Assembly: GCF_006345805.1 (NCBI RefSeq)
Contig: NC_043012.1
Span: 30,876,001 to 30,940,000 of the forward strand
Direction: 5' to 3'
Length of the DNA: 64,000 nt
From: Octopus sinensis
Taxonomy: Eukaryota
Notes under the pieces: generated by a model
Database searches by the model: none
What the model was told of the DNA's origin: nothing
What the model saw: the letters and a program-made list of their open reading frames with translations, nothing else
Part shown: positions 26,123 to 39,164 of the stretch, one piece after another
Layout: the number at the start of each line of letters is the position of its first letter
Position numbering within the stretch: position 1 is the first letter of the stretch
Translations under genes and position numbers: made by a program

Positions 26123-26187
26123 AGCAGCACTACTACTACCTATTGTTATTATTATTATTATGTTATTATTATTATTGTTATTATTAA

Positions 26188-26221
<34 letters not shown>

Positions 26222-26592
26222 GTTGTTGTTGTTGTTGTTGTTGTTTATTGTTGTTGTACCCATCAAGTACTAACGCTAATGATATCGATTAATCGTTCAG
26301 CCTGAAAATTATTGCTCGTATATCTAAATTAGAAAGCAATCTGCCTATCTGCCTTTCTGCCTAGCAGTCTGTCTTTGTAGAAGTCTGTCTGTTTGTCTTT
26401 CTGTCTGTCTGTCTGTCTGTCTAGCAGTCAGTCAGTCTTTCTGCCTATCTGTCTTTCTGTCTGTATCTTTCTCTGTGTATTCACACGAAAGATTTCCGGA
26501 CAATAGACATGAGTTTAAAAAAAAACAGTAAATAAGAACGGTAATAAGCGAGTGAAGAACAAATATATACTGCGTGTGTTTATTTGGCAAAA

Positions 26593-26644
<52 letters not shown>

Positions 26645-26899
26645 AATCACCATCCCGAAATACAACAATATGTGTTTCAACACAGGGTTTCATATCAGGA
26701 ATCTTGCAAGAAATACATATATATATATATATATATATACATACAAAAATACAAAACACGAAGACAGGTGTGTGCGTGTGGTGTATGTACACAAACCGAT
26801 ATTCATATATACGCCTATATCTACAAACAAATATAGATATAGCGAACCGGATTTGTAATTTAGACAAACGAGGAACGAGTTTTAGCTGAAAGGATAGAG

Positions 26900-27185
26900 A
26901 TGGGGAAAAATTTGCAGCAATCCCATGAAAAAGAGGAAACAGGCAAAGAATATGTCAGGCTAGATAGAACTCGGGTAGATAGAAACTCAGCTGCTGCTCC
27001 CGATGGATTCCCGGCAATCCTTTTCAAATTATGCAAACGAGCTTTTGCAAAACCACAGCAACTTCTTTTTCAGATTTTCCTTCCAAGTTGTAAGCTCTAA
27101 ATGAAACTGAAGGAGGGAATAATGTCCTATCCATGAAGGAGGAAGCAGAGAAGAAGCTAAAAGCTTTACTCCGATATCTCTGGCC
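26900..27185 (+). mobile_element. CR1/L2-type LINE RT N-terminal fragment
   Basis: RNSAAAPDGFPAILFKLCKRAFAKPQQLLFQ..KLKEGI..IHEGGSREEAKSFTPISL (cf. SAAGPDG..PIHKGG..NYRPISL). Confidence 0.85.
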
Positions 27186-27189
27186 TGCA

Positions 27190-28521
27190 CGTAGTGCTTT
27201 GGCAACGCAACTGTCGGTAACTTTATTCCATGAATTCTTCCCCCAATGCACGACTTCTTGGAGGTTGAGCTTGACAAAGTTTCCACGCTGATTTTTCTCC
27301 ATTCTATGTTCGATATATTTATTCACTTCCATCCGCAAATAATCATTGAAGGGATTGTTTATTACAAGATCTAATGTTTGTAGATATGAAGTCATTCCCA
27401 CGAGAATCATTATGTGGTCAATTCTTCTTTCAGAAAGGAACGGTTTTCATATCTTTTGCGCGAATCCCAAACTAAAAGACCCCTTTGAGAACCACTTAAA
27501 ACAAGTGGCATAGTTAAATCAACCCATTTTCTTATAACAGCTTGTGTGCACCAAGCCTTTTCCATTTCGAGGACATAAATGCCCGAAACACATTCTATTT
27601 TCTCTTTTTTTTTTTTACCCTTTGTGATGATAAGCAGTGGGACTTTTGTTCCGTCCAGACGAATTTCTAAAATACAAGTTACCCTTGAACTTTTATAACC
27701 CGTTGAGGCAGCGTAGATTGGCGAGGCCCCTGTCTGTTCAATTGTCGTTTTAGATGCTTGGCCCAGAAATACTGCAGTCTCATCCATAGCAATTATATTG
27801 GCGAGATTGTATTTAGAAAAGTCGATGCCATCAACAAAGGACTTGAATGCAAGTGCAGTTTGAATCACTTCAGCATCCTCCAGCTTGAACAGTGTTGTCG
27901 ATCTTCTTAGAGAGAGCTCATATCGCCGAAGGAAATTATCCAACCAATGAGGTGATGTTTTGAATATCTCTGGGGGTATATCCAACTGAGGTGCCATTGC
28001 AAGAGAAAATTCTTGAATATCAGCCCTGCGAACCACTAAAGCTGTCAGCAATCCATCCCGAGGTGATATCTTCCAGCTCCGAAAATAACGGTTGTCGACC
28101 TGATCCGCACTTGCGCTTCTTAGCACTTCCCTCATCCACCAGTCTGCTGAAATTATCGGACTCTGATCACCATTTTCGAACCATTTGGAGACCCAACATC
28201 AGAAAACCGGAAGATTCTTGTTATGTGACTCTTTCACAATTCCTTTCTTGTACTCGACGGAATAACTCTTTCTTTTTGCACTCATCTTGCCTGGGGTGAG
28301 GTAGGGGGACAAGGGAGTCAACTCTATGCATGCACGCTTAGCGCATACTTTAGCCAAGCTGCGGTAGTTGGTTTATTTTTCAAACAGTACATGGTCTTGC
28401 TAACAAGGTGATGCAATTTTGACTACGTCTTATTTTCGAGGTAGGGTTTATATTAAAAAACATCCTGAAGAATCATGATAGCGCTAATTTTCTGAGTAGG
28501 TCTTATTTTCGGGGAAACACG
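27190..28521 (-). mobile_element. Tc2/pogo-type DNA transposon (CENP-B HTH + DDE_1), decayed, 3' end missing
   Basis: TA-CGTGTTTCCCCGAAAATAAGACC terminus; MSAKRKSYSVEYKKGIV from 28285; SPHWLDNFLRRYELSLRRST; IIAMDETAV; LVWDS; GMTSYLQTLDLVINNPF. Confidence 0.9.
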
Positions 28522-29671
28522 TATATATATATATGTATATATATATATACACACGAATATACGAATATACATATGAATATATACAGGGGGAGGAGACCAG
28601 TCGACCCCTAGTGTTTCGCTGGTACTTATTTCATCGACCCCGAAAGGATGAAAGGCAAAGTCGATCCTTAAAAGCGCAGCATAGTCATAGAGAAATATAT
28701 CCGTCATAATCAGCACTATGTCCAAAATTCATAAAGATCGCCTGATTCGGCTATTTGATTTGATTCGGCAATTTGAACGGATGTATTAGAGTAGCCATTG
28801 AATTGGTGTGATAAAAAGATACCTAAGATTATTTGTACAAATTTGTTCTAAAATGCAGCTTTTCTTTGATGACTTATATGTCTTTTTCTAAATTCATACA
28901 AATCACACACTGAGCCTACTCACGTAAATACAATTGAGCTACGGCATAATGAACAGACTACACTTCAGAATCTATCATGGCAGGTTATAATACCAAACTC
29001 TGATATAAATAGTAAATAGTTTCATTATATAGTCACAGGCAATAAATGTATTCAGCAGATTTCACTCTTTACAAATAGCAGAATCACTAGTTTAATGAAG
29101 CTATGACAATTGATAAATACGAATTCGGAAGAAAAAATGAATACAATAAAGTAAAGTAAAAACAATAAAATCAAACAATAAAAAATAAAATAAAAAGGAA
29201 TAAGTTTTTTCAAAAAGATTTGCGTTCTAAAGATTTAGCTGAGCATCCATCAGTATTTAGATGAATAAATCTTATGATAAAAATAAAGAAGAGAAAATGC
29301 TGAGTAAAAGAATAAATAAACAAATAGAATAAAAAGAATGAAGAGAATGAAGGGAAAAAAGGATTTTAAGACTGAAACAGGATTGCAGGTTTGTTAAAGA
29401 CAATGCTTTTGATTTAGTCGAGTTGCATAGGGAGAGCGACCTCATCTGTTGGAAGGTCACGCTCGGCCGAGGAGCAGAAACGGCATTCCAAGATCACTGA
29501 TAACAGAACCAACTTATACACACATACCAGATGAATATTTATGCATAAAACCTTCACATACACGCGCTCACTCACAAATACCAGTTCGTAGACAAAATAC
29601 TAAGCAGGAATTTCATAAGTAGTAGAAGTTCATCTTCTTTAAGTGATCAAATCAATTCATATCATGATTCG

Positions 29672-29702
<31 letters not shown>

Positions 29703-29742
29703 GAAATATGTTACAAAAAGAAAATATAAAATACACATGGAA

Positions 29743-30306
29743 ATGTATGGGTAAATTATGAAAAATCAACGAAAATGCACATTGCAAATAAAAAAAGCTA
29801 TTTATGACAGGTAACGGCAAATATATACATTTAGATGGTAGTAATAAGAGTCATAAAAGTCATTATTATGAGATGATTATAAGGTGATAATAAAGTAAGA
29901 GAACAAAGTGAACCATGGTTTCGGCAAAATCTATTCATCGCTTTGAAAACACTGGCTAATACACGGTGTCAGGTCTAATAGTTCCTGAGAAAAATGGTTA
30001 TTTGTAAGGGTGGTAAGTAGTTCTGGATTTAGAGATGTGAGAGTTAGTGGTGTTCTGTATTGAGTTGTGTGTTCATATTTAGTTGGGGGAGAAATTTATT
30101 GATGAAAAATGCCTTTATTCAACCCCATGGTTCGCTTTGTTCTCTTACTTTATTATCATCTTATAATCATCTCATAATAATGACTTTTATGACTCTTATT
30201 ACTACCTCAGTCAATCTAAATGTAAATATTTGTCGTTACCTATCATAAATAGCTTTTTTTTTATTTGCAATGTGCATTTTCGTTGATTTTTCATAATTTC
30301 CCCCAT

Positions 30307-30311
<5 letters not shown>
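29743..30311. mobile_element. Fold-back insertion near (TA)n, arms 29743-29918 and 30125-30311
   Basis: Arms are reverse complements; GAAACCATGGT (hammerhead-type palindromic stem III) on minus at the inner end of the left arm. Confidence 0.8.
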
Positions 30312-30344
<33 letters not shown>

Positions 30345-30596
30345 CATGCATACATATACAAATCATATTCACACACATACAATAATTCATACACTATCAA
30401 GCTACCCTACTATCAATCCTAAGAGTTAGGATACACAATACTGAAATTAAGGGTACATATTCCGTAAAGGGCAACGACATTTCCAAAAGCGAGGAATCAG
30501 ATATAATCAAATAAAACACAGGAAACATAAATCTAAAAGTAAAAATAAGGGAGCAACATTTAATCGTCAACTATGAAGGATTATCAGCGCACCTGA

Positions 30597-30795
30597 AGAC
30601 GGCGAACTGGTAGCCTCCTTACCGCGCCGGATAAAATGCCTTCCAAATTTACGTTCTGAATTCAAGTGCCACCGGGGTCGACTTTGCCTTTCATAGTTTG
30701 GGGGTTGATAAAAGAAGTACAAGATGAACACTGGGGTCAACGTGTTCAATTTATAACCTCCCCAAGAAATTGTTGGCCTTGAGTCAGAATTCGAA
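30597..30795 (+). mobile_element. SINE family B
   Basis: GGCGAACTGGTAG..GTTCTGAATTCAAGTGCCACCGGGGTCGACTTTGCCTTTCA. Confidence 0.75.
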
Positions 30796-30844
30796 ATCCT
30801 GTTAGCGTCCTCAAGTTCGCACTACAGTTACACACCACACACAC

Positions 30845-30911
30845 GTATATAAATATAATATATATATATATATTTTTTTATATTACACACATATATATAT
30901 TATATATATAC

Positions 30912-30948
<37 letters not shown>

Positions 30949-31189
30949 CATATATATATACATATATACATATTACATATCTACATATATATAATACATA
31001 TATACATATATATATACATATTACATATATATATATATATACATATATATAACATATATACATATATATATACATATATACATAATATATATATATACAT
31101 ATATATTATATATATATATATATACATATATACATATATATATAATATATACATATATATACATATATACATATATATAACATATATAC

Positions 31190-31222
<33 letters not shown>

Positions 31223-31588
31223 CATACATATATATATATCATATATATATATACATATATATACATATATACATATATATATACATTTATATATTATATA
31301 TATATATATATATACATATATATAGCATATATATATATATACATATATCTATATATACATATATATATACATATATACATATATAATATTTATATATTAT
31401 ACATATATCTATATACATATATATATATATCATATATACATATATATATATATATATACATATTATATATATATACATATATATATATAATATATATATA
31501 TATATACATATATAATAATATATATAATATAAATATTAATCATATATATATATATATATATATTATATAATATATATATATATATATA

Positions 31589-31627
<39 letters not shown>

Positions 31628-31799
31628 ATATATATTTATATTATATATTATATATATATATACACACACATATATATATACACATATATATATATATATC
31701 ATATAATATACATATATATATACCTATAACATAATATATATAATATATATACATATATATTACATATATACATATATATATACATATATACATATATTA

Positions 31800-31834
<35 letters not shown>

Positions 31835-31860
31835 CTATATATATATAGATATATATATTG
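30845..31860. repeat. ~1 kb interrupted (TA)n/(TATAC) microsatellite block
   Basis: Direct inspection. Confidence 0.98.
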
Positions 31861-31869
31861 CATCCTCTA

Positions 31870-33570
31870 AGACAAATGTAAAACTATACTATAATCATGT
31901 GATTTGTAGAAAACCGTGCGTGGCGATGCATAAAGGTTATAAATTCCTAGCAGAAGGATTATTATTGCTATATTTATTCTACATTGCATCGGTATAATTC
32001 AATGCCCCCGGCATTATGTAATCATTTTAATAGCAAACTATATCTTTTAATTTTTTTAATAGTAAGTTTTGTATTTTATCATATAAACCTTAACATGACT
32101 ATGTTACTTCAATGATAAGCTTCTAACTTCTATAATTATATAAATTCCCTATTCTGTTGTTATTCTCTCTCCCTCCATCTTTGTATTTTCCTCTCTAAAA
32201 TAAATCCCGACCTCTGGTATAGAAGCCAACCTAATTAATATTGAGCTCTTTTCTATGCTCTTTGTAGGCTTTGACGTATTCCCATCTTACTTTATTTTAT
32301 AGTTTTAACCTGAATTATTCTCTTCTTACCACTCTTTGTTCTATTTATTTCTCTTTCCATTATCTAAATTTTCTCCAGGAATGCTGCAATTTTGAAATTT
32401 TTGACCAATTGATTTTGTTTACCTTTGTTCAACTCAATATAAATTTTAGGGGTGCTAGCCTCTATTATCGTACGTATATTAAAGCATTTATTTTATCTTA
32501 TTTTTTACTTGCCCATTTCTGTATAGTATCTGATTCTATCTCTATTAAACACCATTGAACTTAATAAACTTCTAAGCGTGACCATATATAATAATCAAAA
32601 TATATATTAATTAACTTTAACATTAATTCATATAAACTGAAGTTCTCCCATTACCTCTTTTCGGTTAATTCAAACCTTAGCTATTAATTTCGCACAGAAC
32701 GTTTAGCACGTCTTTTGCATATGATTAATTAATTATATTTTGTGTATAGATGCGTGTTCCCTTATGTTTTATGTTTATACTTACATAAAAAGAAATGCTC
32801 ACTTGTCCACTCAATAACATATTCTATATTTTGTTCCATTATTCTATTATTTTAGGCTTCTTGCATTTTTATTTCATCTCTTTTGTATTTTTACCTTATT
32901 GCAGTGCACCTAAAACAATGCACTCTTATTAGTTCCCTACAATACTATATTACATTAATTTGGGGATGTCCTATGGGACGACTTAGATAGGATATATTAA
33001 TTCTAAATCCTGCTTATCTATAATGTTAATAACCATTTAAAATATACTATCACATTCTTATAACCATCTTCACAATTTCTTTTATTTAATACTCTAGAGA
33101 GATATATTGTTTTAATATCATATCCTATTCTTTATTTTTATTTTATCATATCTCTATAATAACTTCAATAGATATACTACCTTCCTGCCCCTTTGTACGG
33201 TTCATACCATTCTCTTTCTGTATACCATTTATCAGTTTACTGTTTGGAACCGTCAACACAACAGACCGGAACATGAAAATGTAATGGTATATCTTTAGCC
33301 AACTTCGATGAGGTTTAGCTTTAATATGTTTTTAATTATGCTAATTAATTTATTTCTAAAGTATTGAATCGAAACAGCTGTCAGAGAAGATGGCCAATTT
33401 TATAATTAATAAATAATTATTAATTCATTTATCTCTTTATTCGCTTTTTTCTTAAAAATTGATTTATCCAATTTCCTTGCAGTTGAATATTAATTGTAAT
33501 ATTCAATATTTCTTGTAATAGGTAATAAACCAATATATTCATTTAGTTTTATTGTCCCTTAATGAGATTT
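31870..33570 (+). mobile_element. Probable heavily decayed Penelope-like element with 3' hammerhead
   Basis: Faint, correctly ordered RT traces (SII ~32460, LTCPLNN ~32800, GCPMG 32965-32980, KIYYH..TIF ~33045); ends in CTTCGATGAGGTTT..AATC-GAA-ACAGCTGT-C-AGAG at 33303-33384; related end at 56700-57110. Confidence 0.4.
33303..33384 (+). ncRNA. Degenerate hammerhead, long stem II
   Basis: (T)CGATGA-GGTTT..GAATC-GAA-ACAGCTGT-C-AGAG. Confidence 0.5.
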
Positions 33571-33634
33571 GTAACCTTTATTTGAACATTATATATATAC
33601 ATGCATATCTATATATGCATATATTATATATATG

Positions 33635-33666
<32 letters not shown>

Positions 33667-33813
33667 ATCTATATATAATATATAATATATGCATATATAC
33701 ATATATGTATATATATATATATAACTTTATTAGAGAGAAAACCACTATTTTGCAAAACAAACAAGGAAAGACTTAATCAATACATAATTTTTAATAAATA
33801 GTCAAAAAAACCG

Positions 33814-33856
33814 CCACTACAATTGTTTCTTGTCTTGATCGACAATCTTCAGGTGG
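33814..33856 (-). ncRNA. Intact minimal type-I hammerhead ribozyme
   Basis: Minus: CCAC-CTGAAGA-TTGTC-GATCAA-GACAA-GAA-ACAATTGT-A-GTGG; all core residues, stems I and II perfect, palindromic stem III, GUA triplet. Confidence 0.9.
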
Positions 33857-34169
33857 ACTTCAATCTAAAATATCAATATTTTAAAATATAAAAATAATAA
33901 TTTTAAAATAATTAATCCGCACGGATTGAAAGCGAATCTCCGGTGTATATGTTGAGGCTTATATGTAGCGCTGTGGAGTTGAACGTCGTTGAAATTGTGA
34001 ATGAATGGGTGGAGTTGGGAATTGTAACCGGGTGGTGGGCTAGCGTTGCTTGGAATTGGGAATGGAATAGTGTAGTAGTAAGGCAGGTATCGAGAATAGA
34101 TATGAGTTACTGCAAGTTGTTTGTTAGAGCTGCTAAGATGAGCTAAAGCTCATAATTGTATATAATAAT

Positions 34170-34314
34170 TTATGGTAGTTTTATTAAAGAATCCATTCAT
34201 AATAAATTTTTTTAATTAGTGTTGGTTTGCCAAGTGGATATAGTTTTTTTTTGTTCCATTTTATTCTATTCTCCATTCATAATTTTAAATGACGTTTACT
34301 TTCCATGGCGCGTA

Positions 34315-34345
<31 letters not shown>

Positions 34346-35850
34346 CATAAGTTATATTTCTATGGTAACGTAATTTTGGTTTGGTTTTTTTAACGGCTAA
34401 GAATTTAATTTCACTCATAATTTGAAACTGACTTGTAAGTATGTATTTTATTTCTCCTTATGTCATATTGTTTTTTTTGATATTCTGGTTAATTACGATG
34501 TATTTAATGTTGTTTTTTTATTGGAGTGTTTATGTATATGAGATTGTGTGTGAGTTTTTTTAGTTGTAAATTTATTTATCTGTATGAGTGTGGGTGTGTA
34601 AATTTGTTGTATATATCGAGTTTAGTGAGTATGTATATGCTTATATGTGAGGTATATGTATCTGTTGTGTGTGTGTGTTTTGCGTGTGTGTGTTTTTGTG
34701 TGTGAATGTGTATATGGGTTTGTTATTTAGGTTTTGGGATGTATGTGTTAATTTGTCTGTGTGGGGAGGGGTTGGGTTTTTGGTGTATATTGGGTTTATA
34801 AGTTAGTATAGGTATGTGTATAAGTCGTGGGTCTGTGGTTTACGTGTGTGGTTTTGTGTGTGAATGTTTAGGTTAGGGGGATTGCTATATAGGTTTGTTA
34901 TAGAGTTTAGCAAGGGAGATTTTATCGTTATATGTTTTTAAGAAGTTTGGTTTATCATGGTTTTTTTTAGGGAATTCGTGGTAATTTGTCTATTTCGATG
35001 TTGGTTGTTTTATTACATTGTTTCATTCATAATTTTGAGTGGTGTTCGTTTTGCCACGTGAATATTATTTTTAATTCCATTATTATTTCCATTTCTCCAT
35101 TCATTATTTTAAAAGATGTTCGTTTCCAGAGCGGTTATACTTTTTATACATATGTTAAGTTCCTTTGTAAGTAATTTTGTTTGGTGTATATTTGAGGCTT
35201 ATATTACTTGTGTGGTGTGTGTGAGTGGGGTGGGTGTTTGTATTTGTTATGGGTGTGTGGTTTATACGTGTGGTTTTGTTGTGAATGTATAGGTTAAAGG
35301 GATTGCTATATAGTATATTATAGTGTTTAGTAAAGGGAGGTTTTATCATTTATGTTTTGTGAGTTTAGCTTATCATGGTAGTTTTATAAAAGAATCCATT
35401 CATATTTTTGTGTTTATTTGTCTGTGTGGGGTTTGATGGGTTTTTGGAGTATATGTTGAGGTTTATATGTATGTATAGGTATGTGTAAGTGGTGTGGGTA
35501 TTAGTATATGTCGTGGGTGTGTGGTTTACGTGTGTGTATTTGTGTGTGAATGTTTAGGTTAGGGGGATTGCTATATAGGTATGTTATAGAGTTTAGTAAA
35601 GGGAGATTTTATCATTATATGTTTTTATGAGTTTTGGTTTATCATGGTTTATCAAAAAACACACACGTTAAGGAATTCGTAGTAATTTGTGTCTATTTGC
35701 GATGTCTGTTGTTTTATTGCATTGTTTCATTCATAATTTTTAAGTAGTGTTCGTTTTACCAAGTGAATATAATTTTTAATTCCATTTATTCCATTTCTCC
35801 CTCGTTCATATTTTAAGTGATGTCCGTTTTCTAGAGCGTGAATGTGGGTT
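34170..35850 (+). repeat. Tandem partial repeats inside the PLE-derived element
   Basis: 34826-35146 and 35511-35840 are homologous; shorter copies at 35255-35400 and 34170-34310. Confidence 0.8.
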
Positions 35851-36262
35851 GTATGTGTGTGTGTGTGGGAGTATGAATAAGTATTGTGTTGAAGTATTAG
35901 CTATTTTATTTATAGTTGCCTAGACGTTTTTATGTGTATGTATAGGGATATATATATAGGGGTGTGATTTAGTGTATGTAGTTAGATATGGTATATATAA
36001 TTAGGTATATGTGTATGGGTGTGATATATAGTTTATTATTATATTATTATTATTTTTTTGTTTTGTTTTATATTTTATATTTTATATATTTTATATTTAA
36101 TTGTTTATAGGTTATTTTAGTTTATATATTGTTTATATATTGATTATTATGGATTATATAGGTTAATATGGATTATATATTATATTTTTTTTCATTCATA
36201 CTTAATTATTTTAAAATTATTATTTTTTATATTTTAAAATATTGATATTTTAGATTGGAAGT

Positions 36263-36304
36263 CCACCTGAAGATTGTCGATCAAGACAAGAACAATTGTA
36301 GTGG
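36263..36304 (+). ncRNA. Hammerhead, inverted copy of 33814-33856, missing one A of GAAAC
   Basis: CCAC-CTGAAGA-TTGTC-GATCAA-GACAA-GAA-CAATTGT-A-GTGG. Confidence 0.8.
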
Positions 36305-36479
36305 CGGTTTTTTTTTGACTATTTATTAAATTTTATGTATTGATTAAGTCTTTCCTTGTTTGTTTTGCAAAATAGTGGTTTTTTCTCTAATAATATTTTA
36401 TAATATTTTACTATAAAATTGGATTTAATCCTAATTCTGATTTTTTCCCTGTAAATTTGGATTATTCCCTAATATTTAT

Positions 36480-36950
36480 TATTTATATATATATATATAT
36501 AGTATATATATATGCATATATGTATATATATATATACATATATATATATATGTATATATATATATATGCATATATATATATATGTTATATATATATATCA
36601 TATATACATATATTGTATATATATATATGCATATATACATATATGTATATATATATATATATGCATATATACATATATGTATATATATATATATGCATAT
36701 ATACATATTGTATATATATATATATATATCATATATACATATATATATATATATATATGCATATATACATATATGTATATATATATATATATAATATATA
36801 TGCATATATACATATATGTATATATATATATATATATATGCATATATATATATATGTATATATATATGTTATATATATATATGTATGATATATTATGTAT
36901 ATATATATATATATATATAATTTATGTATATATAATATAATATATATATT

Positions 36951-36999
<49 letters not shown>

Positions 37000-37021
37000 C
37001 ATACATATAAACACACATATA

Positions 37022-37065
<44 letters not shown>

Positions 37066-37070
37066 TATAC
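36480..37070. repeat. Interrupted (TA)n block
   Basis: Direct inspection. Confidence 0.98.
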
Positions 37071-37101
37071 CGGTAGTAAACACATAAAGTTTTTAACAAA
37101 A

Positions 37102-37139
37102 CTGTCCGACGAACGGGAACGTGAAACTCCGTGTAACAC
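37102..37139 (+). ncRNA. Minimal hammerhead, U4C core, GNRA-capped stem II, in ~115 bp insert within (TA)n
   Basis: TGT-CCGACGA-ACG-GGAA-CGT-GAA-ACTCCGTGT-A-ACA. Confidence 0.65.
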
Positions 37140-37174
37140 AGGTTTGCTGAATTTCTGCTGCTTTTAAATAAAGT

Positions 37175-37210
<36 letters not shown>

Positions 37211-37217
<7 letters not shown>

Positions 37218-37445
37218 TATTAGAGACACAAACCACTATTTTGCAAAACAACAAGGAAAGACTTAATCAATACAAAAATTTTAATAAATTTTATGTATGA
37301 TTAAGTCTTTCCTTGTTTGTTTTGCAAAATAGTGGTTTTGTCTCTAATAATATTTTATAATATTTTACTATAAAATTGGATTTAATAATCCTAAATCTGA
37401 TTTTTTTCCCCTGTAAATTTGGATTTATTCCCTAATATTTATTAT
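37211..37445. repeat. Hairpin of the same family's 3' end (palindrome 37211-37356), in (TA)n
   Basis: ~70 bp arms homologous to 33728-33800, folded at AAATTTTAATAAATTTT. Confidence 0.9.
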
Positions 37446-37468
37446 ATATATATATAAATATAAATATA

Positions 37469-37502
<34 letters not shown>

Positions 37503-37520
37503 ACATACTATATATACAAA

Positions 37521-37558
<38 letters not shown>

Positions 37559-37719
37559 TGTATTACGATGAAAGTAAACAAACGAAATTTGCTTTAGAAG
37601 CGTTGAGATGTCTTGGAAAGTTAAAGTGATTTTTAAAAAATTCCCAAACGTAGGATAAGGCTAATGATAAAGCCTGAACAGAATAAACTACTCAGATTTT
37701 GCAGAAAAAAAGGTGTTGG

Positions 37720-37866
37720 CGGCCAAACCTCTTTTAGTTTCCGTCTGCCAAAACCACTCAAAAGGTTTCGGTCGGGCCGGGGCTATAGTAGAAACCCAAG
37801 GTGCCACGAAGTGGGACTGAAGCGGTACCATATGATTGGGAAGCAAACTTCTTACCACACTGCCAC
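37720..37866 (-). mobile_element. SINE family A, 5' part
   Basis: Reverse complement of TGGCAGTGTGGTAAGAAG..TTCAGTCCCACTTCGTGGCACCTTGGG. Confidence 0.85.
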
Positions 37867-37888
37867 GCTTGTGCACACACACAGCCAT

Positions 37889-37923
<35 letters not shown>

Positions 37924-38133
37924 AACACACAAACACACACACACACACACACACACACCAAATTAATATAAACAGCAGTTAGCAATGTTTCACCAAAAAC
38001 GAGAAATACCAATGTCATTAAATGTGATTAAGGTGTTAAGAAACATGTACATTGCTTGAAATAAGAGCTAAACCGCTCTAATTCACATGAAGGAAAACCC
38101 ATATACTAATATGGACCATAATCATCCGAAATT

Positions 38134-38184
38134 CTTGATACTGATGCGTCAGTTTCGGCAATTTCCGTTGGCTCATCAGTTAAG
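38134..38184 (-). ncRNA. Hammerhead with self-folding stem III
   Basis: CTTAA-CTGATGA-GCCAA-CGGAAA-TTGCC-GAA-ACTGA-CGCA-TCAGT-A-TCAAG; one mismatch each in stems I and II. Confidence 0.75.
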
Positions 38185-38322
38185 TCCGCTCACCTTTTTG
38201 GTTCATATTAATTTTATATACACACACATTAGCAAATCACTAAATCATCCAATTATTTGGATGAGGAAAGCATAAATACTAATGGCCAAGCGACTGAGGA
38301 AAGAGCCGAACACTCGAGCGGT

Positions 38323-38373
38323 CTTCATTGACGAGGCAATGAAAAATGCCGAAACTGACGCGTCAGTTTTAAG
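38323..38373 (+). ncRNA. Hammerhead, partner copy
   Basis: CTTCA-TTGACGA-GGCA..TGCC-GAA-ACTGACGCGTCAGT-T-TTAAG; 14-nt palindromic stem III. Confidence 0.75.
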
Positions 38374-38554
38374 GATTCTCGATCGTCCCTTTTCGGAGGA
38401 TTATGGTCCCTGTTAATGTTTGTGTCTTCATTTATGTGCGGTAACTACAGCACTAGAGCGGTTTAGCTCTTATTTCTTGCAATGTAGATGTTTCCTAACA
38501 CCATAGTCACACTTAGTGATATATATTCATATATATTTGTGTGTGTGTGTTGTG

Positions 38555-38591
<37 letters not shown>

Positions 38592-39164
38592 TGTGTGTGT
38601 GTGTGTGTGTGAGTGTGTGAGTGAGCGCGCGTGTTAATATTTATTGATGAATAATCTAAAATGTGTAAATAGAATTTAAAATTTGAAGATTTATTTCTCT
38701 CCAGATCTATTCAAATGGTTTCAACAAGTTTAATCAAACCACTGCATGCGTATGTGATTGTGTATAAGGGTTCTGTGTGTGGAGAGTTCTATGTACCTTT
38801 ACATACATAAATACATATATGTATATTCAAATATATTCATATATATATATATATATGCATATATATTCATATATATATACATATATATATACATATATAT
38901 GTATATATATATATATATACATATCACGTGATCACGTGACCGACCAGACCATCAGATGTAGTTACACATCGCTGGTCACAATGCGTTCGCATTGTTTTAG
39001 CCTTCGAATGACGCCACCCCGCTGGCTAAGCGAGCAGGCCGATATATATATACATATATGCATATATATATATACACATATATATACATATATGTGCATA
39101 TTTATGCATGCATACATATGCATATATATATATGTATATATATATATATGTATGTATATATATA

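Larger units (their letters stand above)
33728..36485 (-). mobile_element. Penelope-like-derived insertion with ~190 bp inverted ends (33728-33915 / 36202-36392), flanked by (TA)n
   Basis: Arms are reverse complements, each with a hammerhead; A/C-rich minus strand has repeated AMESKRHL / ALENGHHL (GIY-YIG C-terminal-like) segments. Confidence 0.65.
38013..38522. mobile_element. Fold-back insertion near (CA)n and (TG)n carrying two outward-facing hammerheads
   Basis: Arms ~38013-38195 and ~38312-38522 are diverged reverse complements. Confidence 0.85.
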
